Positions 27,701-36,620 of a stretch of 64,000 nucleotides of DNA are shown piece after piece. Position 1 is the stretch's first letter, and each line of letters begins with the position of its first letter. A program made the position numbers and the translations under genes. Below the pieces are notes generated by a model. The model worked only from the letters and a program-made list of their open reading frames with translations. It was not told the DNA's origin and did no database searches. Source of the stretch: a virus; the IMG/VR virus record IMGVR_UViG_3300048588_000136, positions 25,358 to 89,357 of that record; one strand, 5' to 3'.

Positions 27701-30700
27701 TGGATCGCCTTTACATTGAACCCGGATCGGGAGCGTATTGCGAAGGCTTGCACCTCTACAACGGTAATTTCACTATCGGGACCATTATCACAGGAAACGG
27801 TGTTCATCGCGCCGTTCGTGTAGAGTACGCGCGCGCTAACATTGAGCTTATTCATTACGAGCCTGTTACCGCTCTTTCATCACATGCCACTGATATTGTG
27901 CGAACCGGCACAGGCATTACCATAGGCTGGGTTCGCGTTGGCGGTGTCGTAGTCGCCAGCGGATTAGCGGGTAACAGTAAACCATACTATGTTTACTATG
28001 TTGGTCACGAAACGCCAGCCAGCGAATTTGGGCCGGTGCAATTATACTCATCGCTAGAAACCGGCGGATCTATCGTATACTGCCCCGACGACAAATCGCA
28101 ATCTGAGGTGCAATTGTACCACGGTCCACAAAGCGACATTGACAACAATAGTCAGGGACTCGTGGTCAGCACCGGCGAACTAACACGGGCTTCGCTGTTG
28201 TCCTATATGCAAACGCAGCTAGACACTCGTTATGTAAACACGTCCGGCGATACAATGACCGGCACGCTCTATGGCACCGGAATCAAACAAGGCACGGCGC
28301 CTGGTGGTGGGCTGCTCGGATACTCAACTGAGTTTTACCACAACATTGGCATGATTCAGAATGCCGCCAATCCTACGCTATCCACGGTTGCCTACTCCTA
28401 CAGCACCCCTGCGTCACCATACGATGCGTTTACGCTGGATGTGCGTGGGAACAGCGCCGGTGGGGTACAACGGCAGATGGCTTCAATGGTCGCTCGCGTT
28501 GATACCACTACGAACAATTCCGAAATCGCATCCTGGTCTATTCGAACTCGAAAAAGCGGCACGCTCACAGAACGAATTAATATCGGGGAAACCATTGCCG
28601 TTACCGGCGCATTAACCGGCAGTAGCACCGGCGTGTTCGCCTCCACGCTGACGGCCGCCAGCGACACGGATGCTAACAATACATTCGGACGGGCCATTAT
28701 CGGCTATGCACAGGCGAGTGACACAGCGACATTTAGTCACTTCGATCATAATTCGTCTACCAATTTCGCCCTGGCGCAGAGCGCTGCCGGTGCGACCGTC
28801 GTCAATGCCGCCAGTGGGCAGACAATCAGCCTTGGCAACGCCGGTACGGCTGTGGCCACGATTAGCGCTAGCGGCATTGACATGCAAAGTGGCGAGTATA
28901 TCGGATCATTTGATTACGCTAGCCGTTCAACCGGTTGGCGCGTCGATGCCCTTGGCGGCGCTGACGTTCGCTATCTGTACGCCGACCAAATGCACGTAAA
29001 AACGTTTATCGCCGATTTGGAGCAAGCGCTAGCCGGCAGTCAGGTAATTAGTAAATCCGTGGCTGTGTTGGCACAGGATTTCATTGCCCCCTACGCCGGT
29101 GGGTCACAGGTTCTAGTGGTCGAAGATTTGCCCAGCGCGTCTAACATGGCGGTGTTTGAGGCCAACGATATTGTCACATTGCGCCAGATAAGCCGGTCTA
29201 GCGGTAGTTTGTCCGTCGGCTACTGTTTCGGCGTTGTGACCAACTACGCCGATGGATCTGGCACGCAAAGCTGGACATTCACACGTAGTGGGACAACGAC
29301 CTACAACGCCATCACGCAGCGAGGCACAGCAACCAGCAACAGCACGTCAGCGGGTACTAGTATCACCGTCACCAAGCCCACGGGGGTTGTCTCCGGTGAT
29401 GTCATGCTGGCAATTGTCACACACGACGGCGCCGCCGATACCATCACCGCAACGGGCTGGACAATTATCGGCACCTATACTAGTGGCACCGATATCAATC
29501 TCGCCATGTACTATCGTGTTGCCGGTGGCGCTGAAGGTGCAAACTACTCATTTAGTACAGCATCAAGTCACGCTCTAGCCGCCTCAATCGTCGCTTACTA
29601 CAATGTTGATTCGCTGATTATTGATGATTACAGTATCAGCACCAACAGCGCATCGACTAGCATGACCGGCACAACCGTTTTCGGCACGGCGACCGCCAAC
29701 ATGCTGGTGTTTCTTGGTGGCATCACCAACAATAGCGCGGTTACCCCGGCGTCCGGTATGACCGAGCTTGTTGACGCTGGCTCGACAGGGATTCGTGTCT
29801 ATGTCGCTCATCAAACGCTATCGGCGTCAGGCGAGACAGGATCGAAGGTCGCCACCATTGCGGCCAGTCATGCCAGCATTGTCGGCATGGTGGCGCTGCG
29901 TCCAACCTACAGTGCTATGACGACGCCCGCCGGTACTGTCACACCAGGAACTGTCATCGAAGCCGATGGGCTTGTACTTGACTACGGCGTGAGCGGTAAC
30001 GGCATTTATGAGGTATCGGCTATCGACGGCACGTATGGTCAATATTCGCCATATGCACGCGTGGCCACGTTTACGACACATCCGTTAACTGATGGCGTTG
30101 TGCGCACGCAGATGGGCAACCTGTCAGGACTAAGCGGTGCAAGCGCCAACGAGTACGGTTTATATGCTGGCAGTGGCACCATTGCCACAACAGCGCAGTA
30201 TCTGCGCATCAGCACTGCAGGCGTACAACTTAACAATATCCCGATCAAACTATACAACGCCGGCACGCAGACGGTTAATATCGATTCGGCTGGTACTGAC
30301 ATCTGGGTAGGTCCATCGTCGGCTGACAAGCGGCTACACTGGAATGGTACATCTCTCAACGTCAACGGGGCTATTACCGTTAGCGCGGCGTCCGGTTTCA
30401 GTGGATCGGGCTATTTGCAGGTTGGAACAGGTACAAAAGATAGTACTCTAAATGGATTCAATATTAACTCGTCAGAGTTCGTTGGACAGGCTAGCGGTGT
30501 AGATCAGGTTGTGCTTGGCACCGATGGCAAAATCAAAGCCGGCGCGGGTAATGTAGTTCTGGACAGCGCCGGTATCAGCGTGATTGGTGGCAGTTCGTTC
30601 ATCATTAAACAGGATGGAACCACAACAAAGGGCTATATTTATAGTAGTAATCCGCTTGATAGTTTGCTTGTCAATAACACAGGTGTGGGCATAAAAACTG

Positions 30701-31584
30701 CCGCAACAGCCACAACCGAAAGCGTGTCATTGCGCGCAAATGCCAGCGGGGGGCGAACATCAGAAATCGCCATTGAGGCAGGTTCCAGTACCGGCACCAA
30801 TCGTATTAGGATGTTGGCATACAGCGGGAGTACCAGTACGTCTGGGCAAGTAACATTAACGGAAACATCTTTCGCATTAGCGCTCAACGGCACAGGCAGT
30901 GATGATTTCATCATCGACGGAACAAGCGCCAGATTCGGCACGGATGTTGACCTAAACGGCAATGACATCATCGACACCGCCACGATTACGTTGGCGCCGA
31001 CAGCAGGTAACAGCGCTGTATCCATCACCACACCGACCAACCAAACGGCGGCGGGCGTGGCGCTTGGTAACGCCAACTGTGGTAGCAGTTACGGCCCGTT
31101 TATCTCCATCGGCTACAACAACAACGGTAGCACGCCATCAGCGGCATGGCTGCGCATGTACCGGCGCGATGGGTCAACCGGCGATCTGTGGGTCGACGCG
31201 TCGGGCAACCTGCGCATTGGCGTGGCGTCTGCGGTCACAAATGCCACTGATACAGGGGGCGTAGTTTGTGGCACGCAGACCAGTTCGCTTGACACCAAGA
31301 ACATCATCGAACCATTTACCGACTACAGTAGCGCGCTGAACGCCATCATTGACGCTCCCCTGTACGATTTTACCTATAAGAGCGGCGCATTTAATGGCGA
31401 ACGTTTTACCGGCATCGTAACAGACTACGCGCCCACATTCGGCATGGATAGAGATGAGACCCACCCGGCCGGCAAGTCACTAAACACTATCAGCGCCCAC
31501 GGCTACACGTTCGCCGCCATCAAAGCATTGCACGCACGAATTGAACAATTAGAGAATCAGGTTAGAGAGTTGCAACATGTTTAG
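24784..31584 (+). CDS. Giant tail fibre/spike with beta-helix domain and C-terminal intramolecular chaperone (S74)
   Basis: VQSAIDAAASTGGTVVL...KSNVTIEG (pectin-lyase-like start); SSLDTKNII...AIKALHARIEQLE; HTH (His-Thr-His) motifs. Confidence 0.85.
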   Translation: MPSAKFKDAARRIKAKLNTDYEQSVTAPTAGPVGSGKLFIGGQVFDGDISGVTQVVNVGRPAAAQYAAKVGGGTTVISSGGSTATTGGTSADLTTLYNASYITVEEEAPFPNARQISSTNAITITDNGPSGFLIIGMATPPTLSATSTNDATTGSHAITASAAPGAAESLLKSTSAGLLTLPLYTATTKVTTPLIDTASGNLSIAPASSITAITGALTVSTSVQSPLITTATDVDLVINPAGTGAVQFPNDQTLRTSSFDSSFPITGWQINEVAGISGYSALTIGKIQADELAVRVFVADEVRVDRGDEYWTKSYGIVAETFTTPSAIGSTVSVMFEDSPALAGAIFTNNDWVLIRKLDIDTGISLSNIWGQVATYVNNSDGTQNWTFTLRSGPTSESITKGSLAIDFGATGAALIHLSVIDAAGAPYIKMRKWSGANPYTPSNFTTYVQLGELGSTGNSYYTPSGYGLYIRSTANEDQFIVADDNGLQIRGADLALYNSTTQTILMNNAAGVNILEDVWGSWDNRRAMQWWPNLASMTGDPSLSMYTGKHSGGSFPNQNWAYIDSNPTGGVLANLSITAHGQGTADDAGIYIEGGSQSLASPATVVITAENIDLAGNVDTASLSVGGIAVSLSGHTHSYLPLSGGILGGSLTAQNITFSTDSTYDIGAADKRVQNLYAVNLHVNTIVGTPSYSHNHAASDINSGTLDEARINHTWTGALTLDADASAGSSNYLRLATQTGSKFWDLIGRAHDYGTSAQQNDLLLTYYDGSSTYIVLQADNATRIVDFLNTPTVGGTAVSLSGHTHTVSARDLTSSNRYYPENYSNNVQSAIDAAASTGGTVVLSGFYSISAALSMKSNVTIEGIGWDKSGINTTGNIDAIVFDGPAYKRSMTLRNFKINLGSSTGHHIHFTAYEPWAVTVEDMQLTGGTNSFIKVDTDVNPFEVTIQRVRLDSSTLTNPAIDWLGGGSGCTMDRLYIEPGSGAYCEGLHLYNGNFTIGTIITGNGVHRAVRVEYARANIELIHYEPVTALSSHATDIVRTGTGITIGWVRVGGVVVASGLAGNSKPYYVYYVGHETPASEFGPVQLYSSLETGGSIVYCPDDKSQSEVQLYHGPQSDIDNNSQGLVVSTGELTRASLLSYMQTQLDTRYVNTSGDTMTGTLYGTGIKQGTAPGGGLLGYSTEFYHNIGMIQNAANPTLSTVAYSYSTPASPYDAFTLDVRGNSAGGVQRQMASMVARVDTTTNNSEIASWSIRTRKSGTLTERINIGETIAVTGALTGSSTGVFASTLTAASDTDANNTFGRAIIGYAQASDTATFSHFDHNSSTNFALAQSAAGATVVNAASGQTISLGNAGTAVATISASGIDMQSGEYIGSFDYASRSTGWRVDALGGADVRYLYADQMHVKTFIADLEQALAGSQVISKSVAVLAQDFIAPYAGGSQVLVVEDLPSASNMAVFEANDIVTLRQISRSSGSLSVGYCFGVVTNYADGSGTQSWTFTRSGTTTYNAITQRGTATSNSTSAGTSITVTKPTGVVSGDVMLAIVTHDGAADTITATGWTIIGTYTSGTDINLAMYYRVAGGAEGANYSFSTASSHALAASIVAYYNVDSLIIDDYSISTNSASTSMTGTTVFGTATANMLVFLGGITNNSAVTPASGMTELVDAGSTGIRVYVAHQTLSASGETGSKVATIAASHASIVGMVALRPTYSAMTTPAGTVTPGTVIEADGLVLDYGVSGNGIYEVSAIDGTYGQYSPYARVATFTTHPLTDGVVRTQMGNLSGLSGASANEYGLYAGSGTIATTAQYLRISTAGVQLNNIPIKLYNAGTQTVNIDSAGTDIWVGPSSADKRLHWNGTSLNVNGAITVSAASGFSGSGYLQVGTGTKDSTLNGFNINSSEFVGQASGVDQVVLGTDGKIKAGAGNVVLDSAGISVIGGSSFIIKQDGTTTKGYIYSSNPLDSLLVNNTGVGIKTAATATTESVSLRANASGGRTSEIAIEAGSSTGTNRIRMLAYSGSTSTSGQVTLTETSFALALNGTGSDDFIIDGTSARFGTDVDLNGNDIIDTATITLAPTAGNSAVSITTPTNQTAAGVALGNANCGSSYGPFISIGYNNNGSTPSAAWLRMYRRDGSTGDLWVDASGNLRIGVASAVTNATDTGGVVCGTQTSSLDTKNIIEPFTDYSSALNAIIDAPLYDFTYKSGAFNGERFTGIVTDYAPTFGMDRDETHPAGKSLNTISAHGYTFAAIKALHARIEQLENQVRELQHV

Positions 31585-32278
31585 ATCTATAGTTATTACG
31601 GCACTATTTACTATCAGCACCTACCTGCCTATCATCGCCAATGGCGAACAGCCCATCGTCGGCACTTTGCCCGCAACGGTACCGCCAGCCGTGGACATCG
31701 CTTTTGTGGGCAACAGTCTCACAGCCGCCGGCCCGATCTATAGTTGGGCCGGGCAATGGGGTATGGCGGCAAGCCAGCCCGATAAAGATTACGTGCATCG
31801 TGTTCAGTTACGCCTAGCAGCGTACACAGGCGTAATACCAGAGATTGCCGTCTATTCTGCCGACCTCCACAAGCCAGAAAACATTGTGCAAGCGGCGCAA
31901 AAGGTAGCGACCGCGCGACCACGTATCCTAGTAGTGCAGATGGGCGATAACGCCGATCCGAACAGTGACTATCAATCATTTCGTGACGCCTACACGCTAC
32001 TACGCAATGCAGCGCCGGCGGCAAAGCTTATCTATGTCGGCGTGTGGCAGTATGACGACGTGCGTAACCAGCACATCAGACGGATAGCGCAAGAGGACAA
32101 CGCCACTTACGTACATATCAATGATCTCTACCTGGACCCGTCCAACCAAGCCACGGCGCAGGGTTGCACTGACACACACGGCGTATGCTGGCACCCGTCA
32201 GATGCCGGCATGGCGTTGATTGCTGGGCGCGTCTATTCGGCAATATTAGGGCCGGTACGAAACGACTATGGACAATGA
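31577..32278 (+). CDS. SGNH/GDSL hydrolase
   Basis: FVGNSLT, QMGDN and WHPSDAGM. Confidence 0.85.
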   Translation: MFRSIVITALFTISTYLPIIANGEQPIVGTLPATVPPAVDIAFVGNSLTAAGPIYSWAGQWGMAASQPDKDYVHRVQLRLAAYTGVIPEIAVYSADLHKPENIVQAAQKVATARPRILVVQMGDNADPNSDYQSFRDAYTLLRNAAPAAKLIYVGVWQYDDVRNQHIRRIAQEDNATYVHINDLYLDPSNQATAQGCTDTHGVCWHPSDAGMALIAGRVYSAILGPVRNDYGQ

Positions 32279-32399
32279 CAAAACACCGCGAGAGTTGATC
32301 ATGCAAGCGCCTGTGGTGCCAACTTCGTAATTGGCGTGTAAGTGTGGTAAAATATCGATAGGTATGAATAAGTTCAGAATAAAGCGAGGAACAAACAGT

Positions 32400-32603
32400 A
32401 TGACGATTTCAGATTTACGCAAGAAGTACAATGACGATTTGCGCGCTATGAAGGATCGCAAAGAACAAATTGAAGCCGAGTTAGAGAGCATCGGCACCAA
32501 CATTGAACGCCTGGCCGGTGCCATTTTCGCATTGAATCAGGTTGAGCAGGAGCAGCAGAAAGCTACAGCGGCCACACCGGCGGCGCCCGTTGCCGAGTCA
32601 TAG
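32400..32603 (+). CDS. Small coiled-coil protein
   Basis: GAGGA SD; IERLAGAIFAL. Confidence 0.6.
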   Translation: MTISDLRKKYNDDLRAMKDRKEQIEAELESIGTNIERLAGAIFALNQVEQEQQKATAATPAAPVAES

Positions 32604-32609
32604 CGCAAA

Positions 32610-33401
32610 ATGACCACCATCGCCCTAGCCCCTGGCCCAACCTACCCCGGCGCCCGCGGCAATGTGTGGTTGCCCATTGTGGCCGTTGCGCCGATTGACA
32701 CTGTGGCTGTGTTCTACGACCTGCTACTGCACGATACACGACAGCAACGGCCACGGCTGGAGGTGTGCAAGGCGTTGGAGGTGGCAGCGGCATGGAAGGC
32801 GGCGGACATTGCAGCCTATGACTATTGGGATCATCGGGCACATAATGGCGAGTATGCCAACGAAACAGCACGGCGATTCTGTGCAAGTCTATCACCTGAT
32901 TATGGCCCTGGGTGGAACGGTTGTGAAAGCCTAGTAGCCGGCAGTGTTGACGCAGCGATTATGTTCAACGCCCTGGCCGAATCACCATCGCATCGAATTC
33001 ATCTATTCGGCATGAATGACTTTTACCGCCGACAGGCACACGTCGGAATTGCGTGTGCTGTCGGCGGTCGATGGGGCTGGGTGTGGGCGGTGTATATTGC
33101 GGAGTGTATTCTAATGTCAATCATTCATTGCACTCCTTGTTTAATCTGCCCACTCATCCGCCTTCGCAACGTCCGTTTCCCCGCGTTGACGGTCATGTAC
33201 ACACCCTTCACCGTCATGCCTAGTGCCTTGCCCGCTACCGGCGGCTTGACGCCTTCGATGCACACCAGCCACACGGCATCGCGCTGCAATTCCGATAGTT
33301 CGCTGATGGCGGCGTACAGGCAACGCGTGTCGTCCTGGCGCAACACGGTATCTGCAGGATCGTCGCCGCCAGGTAGCCACCACATGGCGTCAATGTCATA
33401 G
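32610..33401 (+). CDS. CAP/SCP domain protein (C-terminal ~90 codons overlap the sigma gene antisense)
   Basis: LEVAAAWKAAD...YWDH...CESL...SPSHRIHL...HVGIA. Confidence 0.75.
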   Translation: MTTIALAPGPTYPGARGNVWLPIVAVAPIDTVAVFYDLLLHDTRQQRPRLEVCKALEVAAAWKAADIAAYDYWDHRAHNGEYANETARRFCASLSPDYGPGWNGCESLVAGSVDAAIMFNALAESPSHRIHLFGMNDFYRRQAHVGIACAVGGRWGWVWAVYIAECILMSIIHCTPCLICPLIRLRNVRFPALTVMYTPFTVMPSALPATGGLTPSMHTSHTASRCNSDSSLMAAYRQRVSSWRNTVSAGSSPPGSHHMASMS

Positions 33402-33676
33402 TGTTGCCGGCGCCATGTTGGACTACGCCGGATGTCGCGGCTGGTATTGGTGGCGATGGTGGCTACCCAGTTAGTCACACTGTCTGATTGATAGCGGTGC
33501 AGGTTGCGCCAGATTTTGATTAGCGACTCCTGTACTGCATCGTCAATATAGTCGCTGTGTTCGCCAAGTACTCGTCCACACATGGCACGAACGAGCGGTG
33601 ATGCTGCGGACAGAAACTCATTAATGGCTGCCGGGTCGCCGGACTGAGCGGCGGTGATGTGGGATTCAGTTAGCAA
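33125..33676 (-). CDS. ECF-type sigma-70 factor
   Basis: AQSGDPAA...DDAVQESLIKIWR...WVATIATN...LSELQRDAV...EG. Confidence 0.85.
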   Translation of the reverse strand: MLTESHITAAQSGDPAAINEFLSAASPLVRAMCGRVLGEHSDYIDDAVQESLIKIWRNLHRYQSDSVTNWVATIATNTSRDIRRSPTWRRQHYDIDAMWWLPGGDDPADTVLRQDDTRCLYAAISELSELQRDAVWLVCIEGVKPPVAGKALGMTVKGVYMTVNAGKRTLRRRMSGQIKQGVQ

Positions 33677-33993
33677 GTATCATCCCCTGCTATATAGCAC
33701 AGTGCGCCTGGATCTGGCGGTACGTCCACCGTCCATCGTCTGTAGTTTCTCAATCAGTTCTTTGACTGTCATATCGCATTCCTTTCATGGTGGCAACCGC
33801 GCCGCCTTTCTAATTCCGCTATACGGGCGCGTGCCTTACGTAGTTCGTCTGCCGTCTCCAGGTACAAAATAGTGATATTTTCCAACTCTTCGACCAGCCT
33901 GTCTGTATCGTGCCTATACTGTGGATAGCTAACGGGTTCCATCATCCTGCATCACCTTTCCTACAACCACGGCGGCACCCATCACGCCACCGG

Positions 33994-34176
33994 TCAGGCA
34001 TACCACTTGCCTACTTTGTTCCACTCATCAACCACGGCGCTGAATCCAAGTTTATTCAGCAATTCACACAGGATGTCATCAGCTTCGCTGTGTGCTGATT
34101 CATAGTCCATGTTTTCCACTTGCACTTTCAGCTTTTCGATAGCTTCTGCCATCAACTGCTGTTCTTTCTTCGTCAT
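33994..34176 (-). CDS. Hypothetical protein
   Basis: DYESAHSEADDILCELL...KWYA, a recurrent small phage protein type. Confidence 0.6.
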   Translation of the reverse strand: MTKKEQQLMAEAIEKLKVQVENMDYESAHSEADDILCELLNKLGFSAVVDEWNKVGKWYA

Positions 34177-34186
34177 ACATCTACTC

Positions 34187-34546
34187 CTAGATTTTAGTCC
34201 AATCAACACGTTCAGAGTAATAACCGTTCGATGTACCGTACCATCGAATATCAACATACCCCTTGATGGTGGCGAGCTTGTAAAATGTCCATGTAAGCGA
34301 ATCATCATATTCGCCAAGCTTTTCGCCACCGTCGTTGCTTGCTTCATCGGCCATCAGGATGGGCGTGCCAACCAAGTCGCCCAGATCGCCAACGATGGAC
34401 TCAATGTAGACATTTTCGCAGCATTCCTGTGAATGATAGAGCTTGTATTTTTCGCCATTTTCTAGCGTGAAAATCAATTTCTCATCACGAACCTGCTCGA
34501 CACCGGAAAGCGTTTTGCCTTTTAGGTCTTCAAATTTTTCCAGCAC
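34187..34546 (-). CDS. Conserved phage hypothetical protein
   Basis: HSQECCENV...[27 protein letters not shown]. Confidence 0.75.
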   Translation of the reverse strand: MLEKFEDLKGKTLSGVEQVRDEKLIFTLENGEKYKLYHSQECCENVYIESIVGDLGDLVGTPILMADEASNDGGEKLGEYDDSLTWTFYKLATIKGYVDIRWYGTSNGYYSERVDWTKI

Positions 34547-34547
34547 C

Positions 34548-35036
34548 TTACATCACCTTTCCCGATAAAATTGCGCCACCCACGACGGCGGTAGCCACCA
34601 ACGCCTTGCCTGCAAACGCCAGCACTAAGGGCATCACGACGATTGCGCCAAGAAAACACGCCACTACTACGGCGGCGAAGCAAAGACCTTTCGCAGCCAG
34701 GGTAATGCCCGCACGATGTACCCACAGTGCCACCAGCGCCCGCCACAGCACGGGCACGACTACCGGCATCAGGCGACACAGCGCAACGAGCACAGCCGCA
34801 CGCACTAACATGGCCAGGGCGAACAATGCGGCGTGGATGATGGCGGCGGCTACAATGGACACAGCGTGGGCGATGATGGCGAGAGCGGCGGTGATGGCGC
34901 CGATGATCAGCGGCGTGATGGTGGTGACGGCGTAGTAGGTCAACACGAACACGATTACGATGATGGCGGTCAACAGCGTTGTCTTAATGATAGCACGGAC
35001 GGCTGTTGTGTCGAGACTATTCACGATTGCATACAT
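34548..35036 (-). CDS. Highly hydrophobic multi-pass membrane protein
   Basis: Almost entirely A/V/I/L. Confidence 0.6.
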   Translation of the reverse strand: MYAIVNSLDTTAVRAIIKTTLLTAIIVIVFVLTYYAVTTITPLIIGAITAALAIIAHAVSIVAAAIIHAALFALAMLVRAAVLVALCRLMPVVVPVLWRALVALWVHRAGITLAAKGLCFAAVVVACFLGAIVVMPLVLAFAGKALVATAVVGGAILSGKVM

Positions 35037-35096
35037 TTTACACCTTTTCTTTCGGTTGGTGCCACCTCCTTTTCTGCGATGTTTGCTGCTCAGTGG

Positions 35097-35291
35097 CTAT
35101 TGTTTTGGTCGGTAAATTTTTACTTCTTCAAATCCGATAGCGTTTAGAATTTTCTTACTTGGGTCACGCCGCCCCAACAAAATATCGTTGAGATAGGGCG
35201 TCGATATTTTAAGCCGTGCTGCCAACTCCTTTTGACTACCGGCTTCGTTCACGAGTTGTTGTAAATACTCAACAAATTCAGCTTTGCTCAT
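35097..35291 (-). CDS. XRE-family HTH protein
   Basis: SQKELAARLKISTPYLNDILLGRRDP. Confidence 0.85.
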   Translation of the reverse strand: MSKAEFVEYLQQLVNEAGSQKELAARLKISTPYLNDILLGRRDPSKKILNAIGFEEVKIYRPKQ

Positions 35292-35438
35292 CCTTGATAA
35301 CTCCGATCCATAGTCCTAGAACAATTACCCCAAATGCTGTCGGCGCAACCTCTACGCCGATAATCGCAATGTTTGGTCTGTACCAACCAAGTCCATGATA
35401 GAACTTGGTTGGCCGGTAGCCGATGTAGGCGATGGGGG

Positions 35439-35720
35439 TCACAAGATTTCACGCTCCAGCAATGTGGCCAGTGTTGCGATGATGCTGCGGTCCACAACCT
35501 TGCCGGCGATTTTCTCGGCTTCAATGACCGAAAGAATACGGCGTACCGATTCATCGACCACGCCTTCGACTGTAACAGTTTTGCCGTTGAACAGAATTTC
35601 GCCTTCCGGCAAAACAGCAAAGTGCGGTGAAGCTGCCAAGAATCTAGGATCGCTATCTGACTCAGCGTATGGGTAAACATCCGCAACTACATGACTATTC
35701 TCGAAATGTCTGATATACAT
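35439..35720 (-). CDS. Hypothetical protein
   Basis: Likely start MYIRHF after AAAGGG. Confidence 0.5.
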   Translation of the reverse strand: MYIRHFENSHVVADVYPYAESDSDPRFLAASPHFAVLPEGEILFNGKTVTVEGVVDESVRRILSVIEAEKIAGKVVDRSIIATLATLLEREIL

Positions 35721-35808
35721 GATTGCCCTTTCTCTGCTACCTTGTCCGGCACTTGGGACATCCGGCAATGGTCGGTTTAGTGGCGCCGGGGCTACCGGCT
35801 GCGGTGTA

Positions 35809-36006
35809 CTAGGCGAAAATCTCTGACGGATCAATTCCTTGCGCTAAGAAGATGGCGTTTTCCTCAGCCTGCCGTAGTTCTTCTACTCGTTGGCGACGGG
35901 CTAGTTCCCGCTGCATATCTCGTTGCGTCGCCGTTTCGGTTTCCAACAGCAGGGCGAAGCACCCGTCCTGTTCACGTTTACGCTGCACTAGTTGTCGTCT
36001 GTTCAT
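35809..36006 (-). CDS. Hypothetical coiled-coil protein
   Basis: AGGAG SD. Confidence 0.55.
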   Translation of the reverse strand: MNRRQLVQRKREQDGCFALLLETETATQRDMQRELARRQRVEELRQAEENAIFLAQGIDPSEIFA

Positions 36007-36110
36007 GATTGTCTCCTATTATCGCTGGTTAATCGCCTTGATTCTGCATCCGCCACCGGGATTATCACCGGCTATCTGCATTAAGGCGGGGCAGCAATGC
36101 CCCGCCTTAA

Positions 36111-36383
36111 TTAAAATTCGATGGCGATTGTCATCACTTTGTAGTCAGCGACGTTATGTCCGTTCGCCACACACCAATCGGCCAACTTGCGGTCGGCGGC
36201 TGGGAATTTGTACGCCTTGCTGCTAGTCTTCAGTGTGAAGCTATCGACATGCTTGCCGATGAGTGTGCCGCTCACTTCTTTCGGGAAGATACCAAAAGTG
36301 CGGGTCGCCTTGATTGCCTTATCGCTAAATGGGCCATATTCACCAAGTTCGCCGACCGTGTTAGCTAAGTTACCTTTAAACAT
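36111..36383 (-). CDS. Hypothetical early protein
   Basis: AAGGAG SD before MFKGNL. Confidence 0.55.
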   Translation of the reverse strand: MFKGNLANTVGELGEYGPFSDKAIKATRTFGIFPKEVSGTLIGKHVDSFTLKTSSKAYKFPAADRKLADWCVANGHNVADYKVMTIAIEF

Positions 36384-36430
36384 TTTCTGTCTCCTTATTC
36401 CTGTTGCCGTTTGTTCTTGCCTATGTATCC

Positions 36431-36477
36431 ATTGTACCACCGATTCGCTAATTTGTCAATACGCAAATTCGCTAATT
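36431..36477 (-). promoter_or_regulatory. Consensus promoter TTGACA-17-TACAAT with repeated AATTAGCGAAT sites
   Basis: ATTCGCTAATT occurs twice flanking the -35. Confidence 0.75.
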
Positions 36478-36574
36478 ATCGTACGATCACCCTGCGCAAT
36501 TCATACGATTTACTGCATTTTTGCGTATATTTTCAACTTTTTCTACTGTCCGCTTTCCTGCCCGCCATCGCCAA

Positions 36575-36608
36575 CAAAAAACGCCCCAACCATGACGGCG
36601 GGGCGCTC
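36575..36608 (-). terminator. Intrinsic terminator after dnaN copy 1
   Basis: GCGCCCCGCC-loop-GGTTGGGGCGT followed by a T-run on the minus strand. Confidence 0.7.
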
Positions 36609-36620
36609 TGTGTGTGTGCC

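Noticed and set aside
24784-31584. Diversity-generating retroelement or invertible fibre cassette
   Set aside because: No reverse transcriptase, no near-identical TR/VR pair and no invertase; the duplication is old and visible only at protein level.
33125-33676. RNA-guided sigma (dCas12f-sigmaE-like) system linked to the omegaRNA remnant
   Set aside because: No TnpB/Cas12f-like ORF in the window, and the two loci are 27 kb apart.
33680-33990. Short ORF fragments (MTVKELIEKLQTM...)
   Set aside because: Too short or truncated to support as genes; probably remnants.
34548-35036. Holin call
   Set aside because: Lies in an early leftward operon with no adjacent endolysin.
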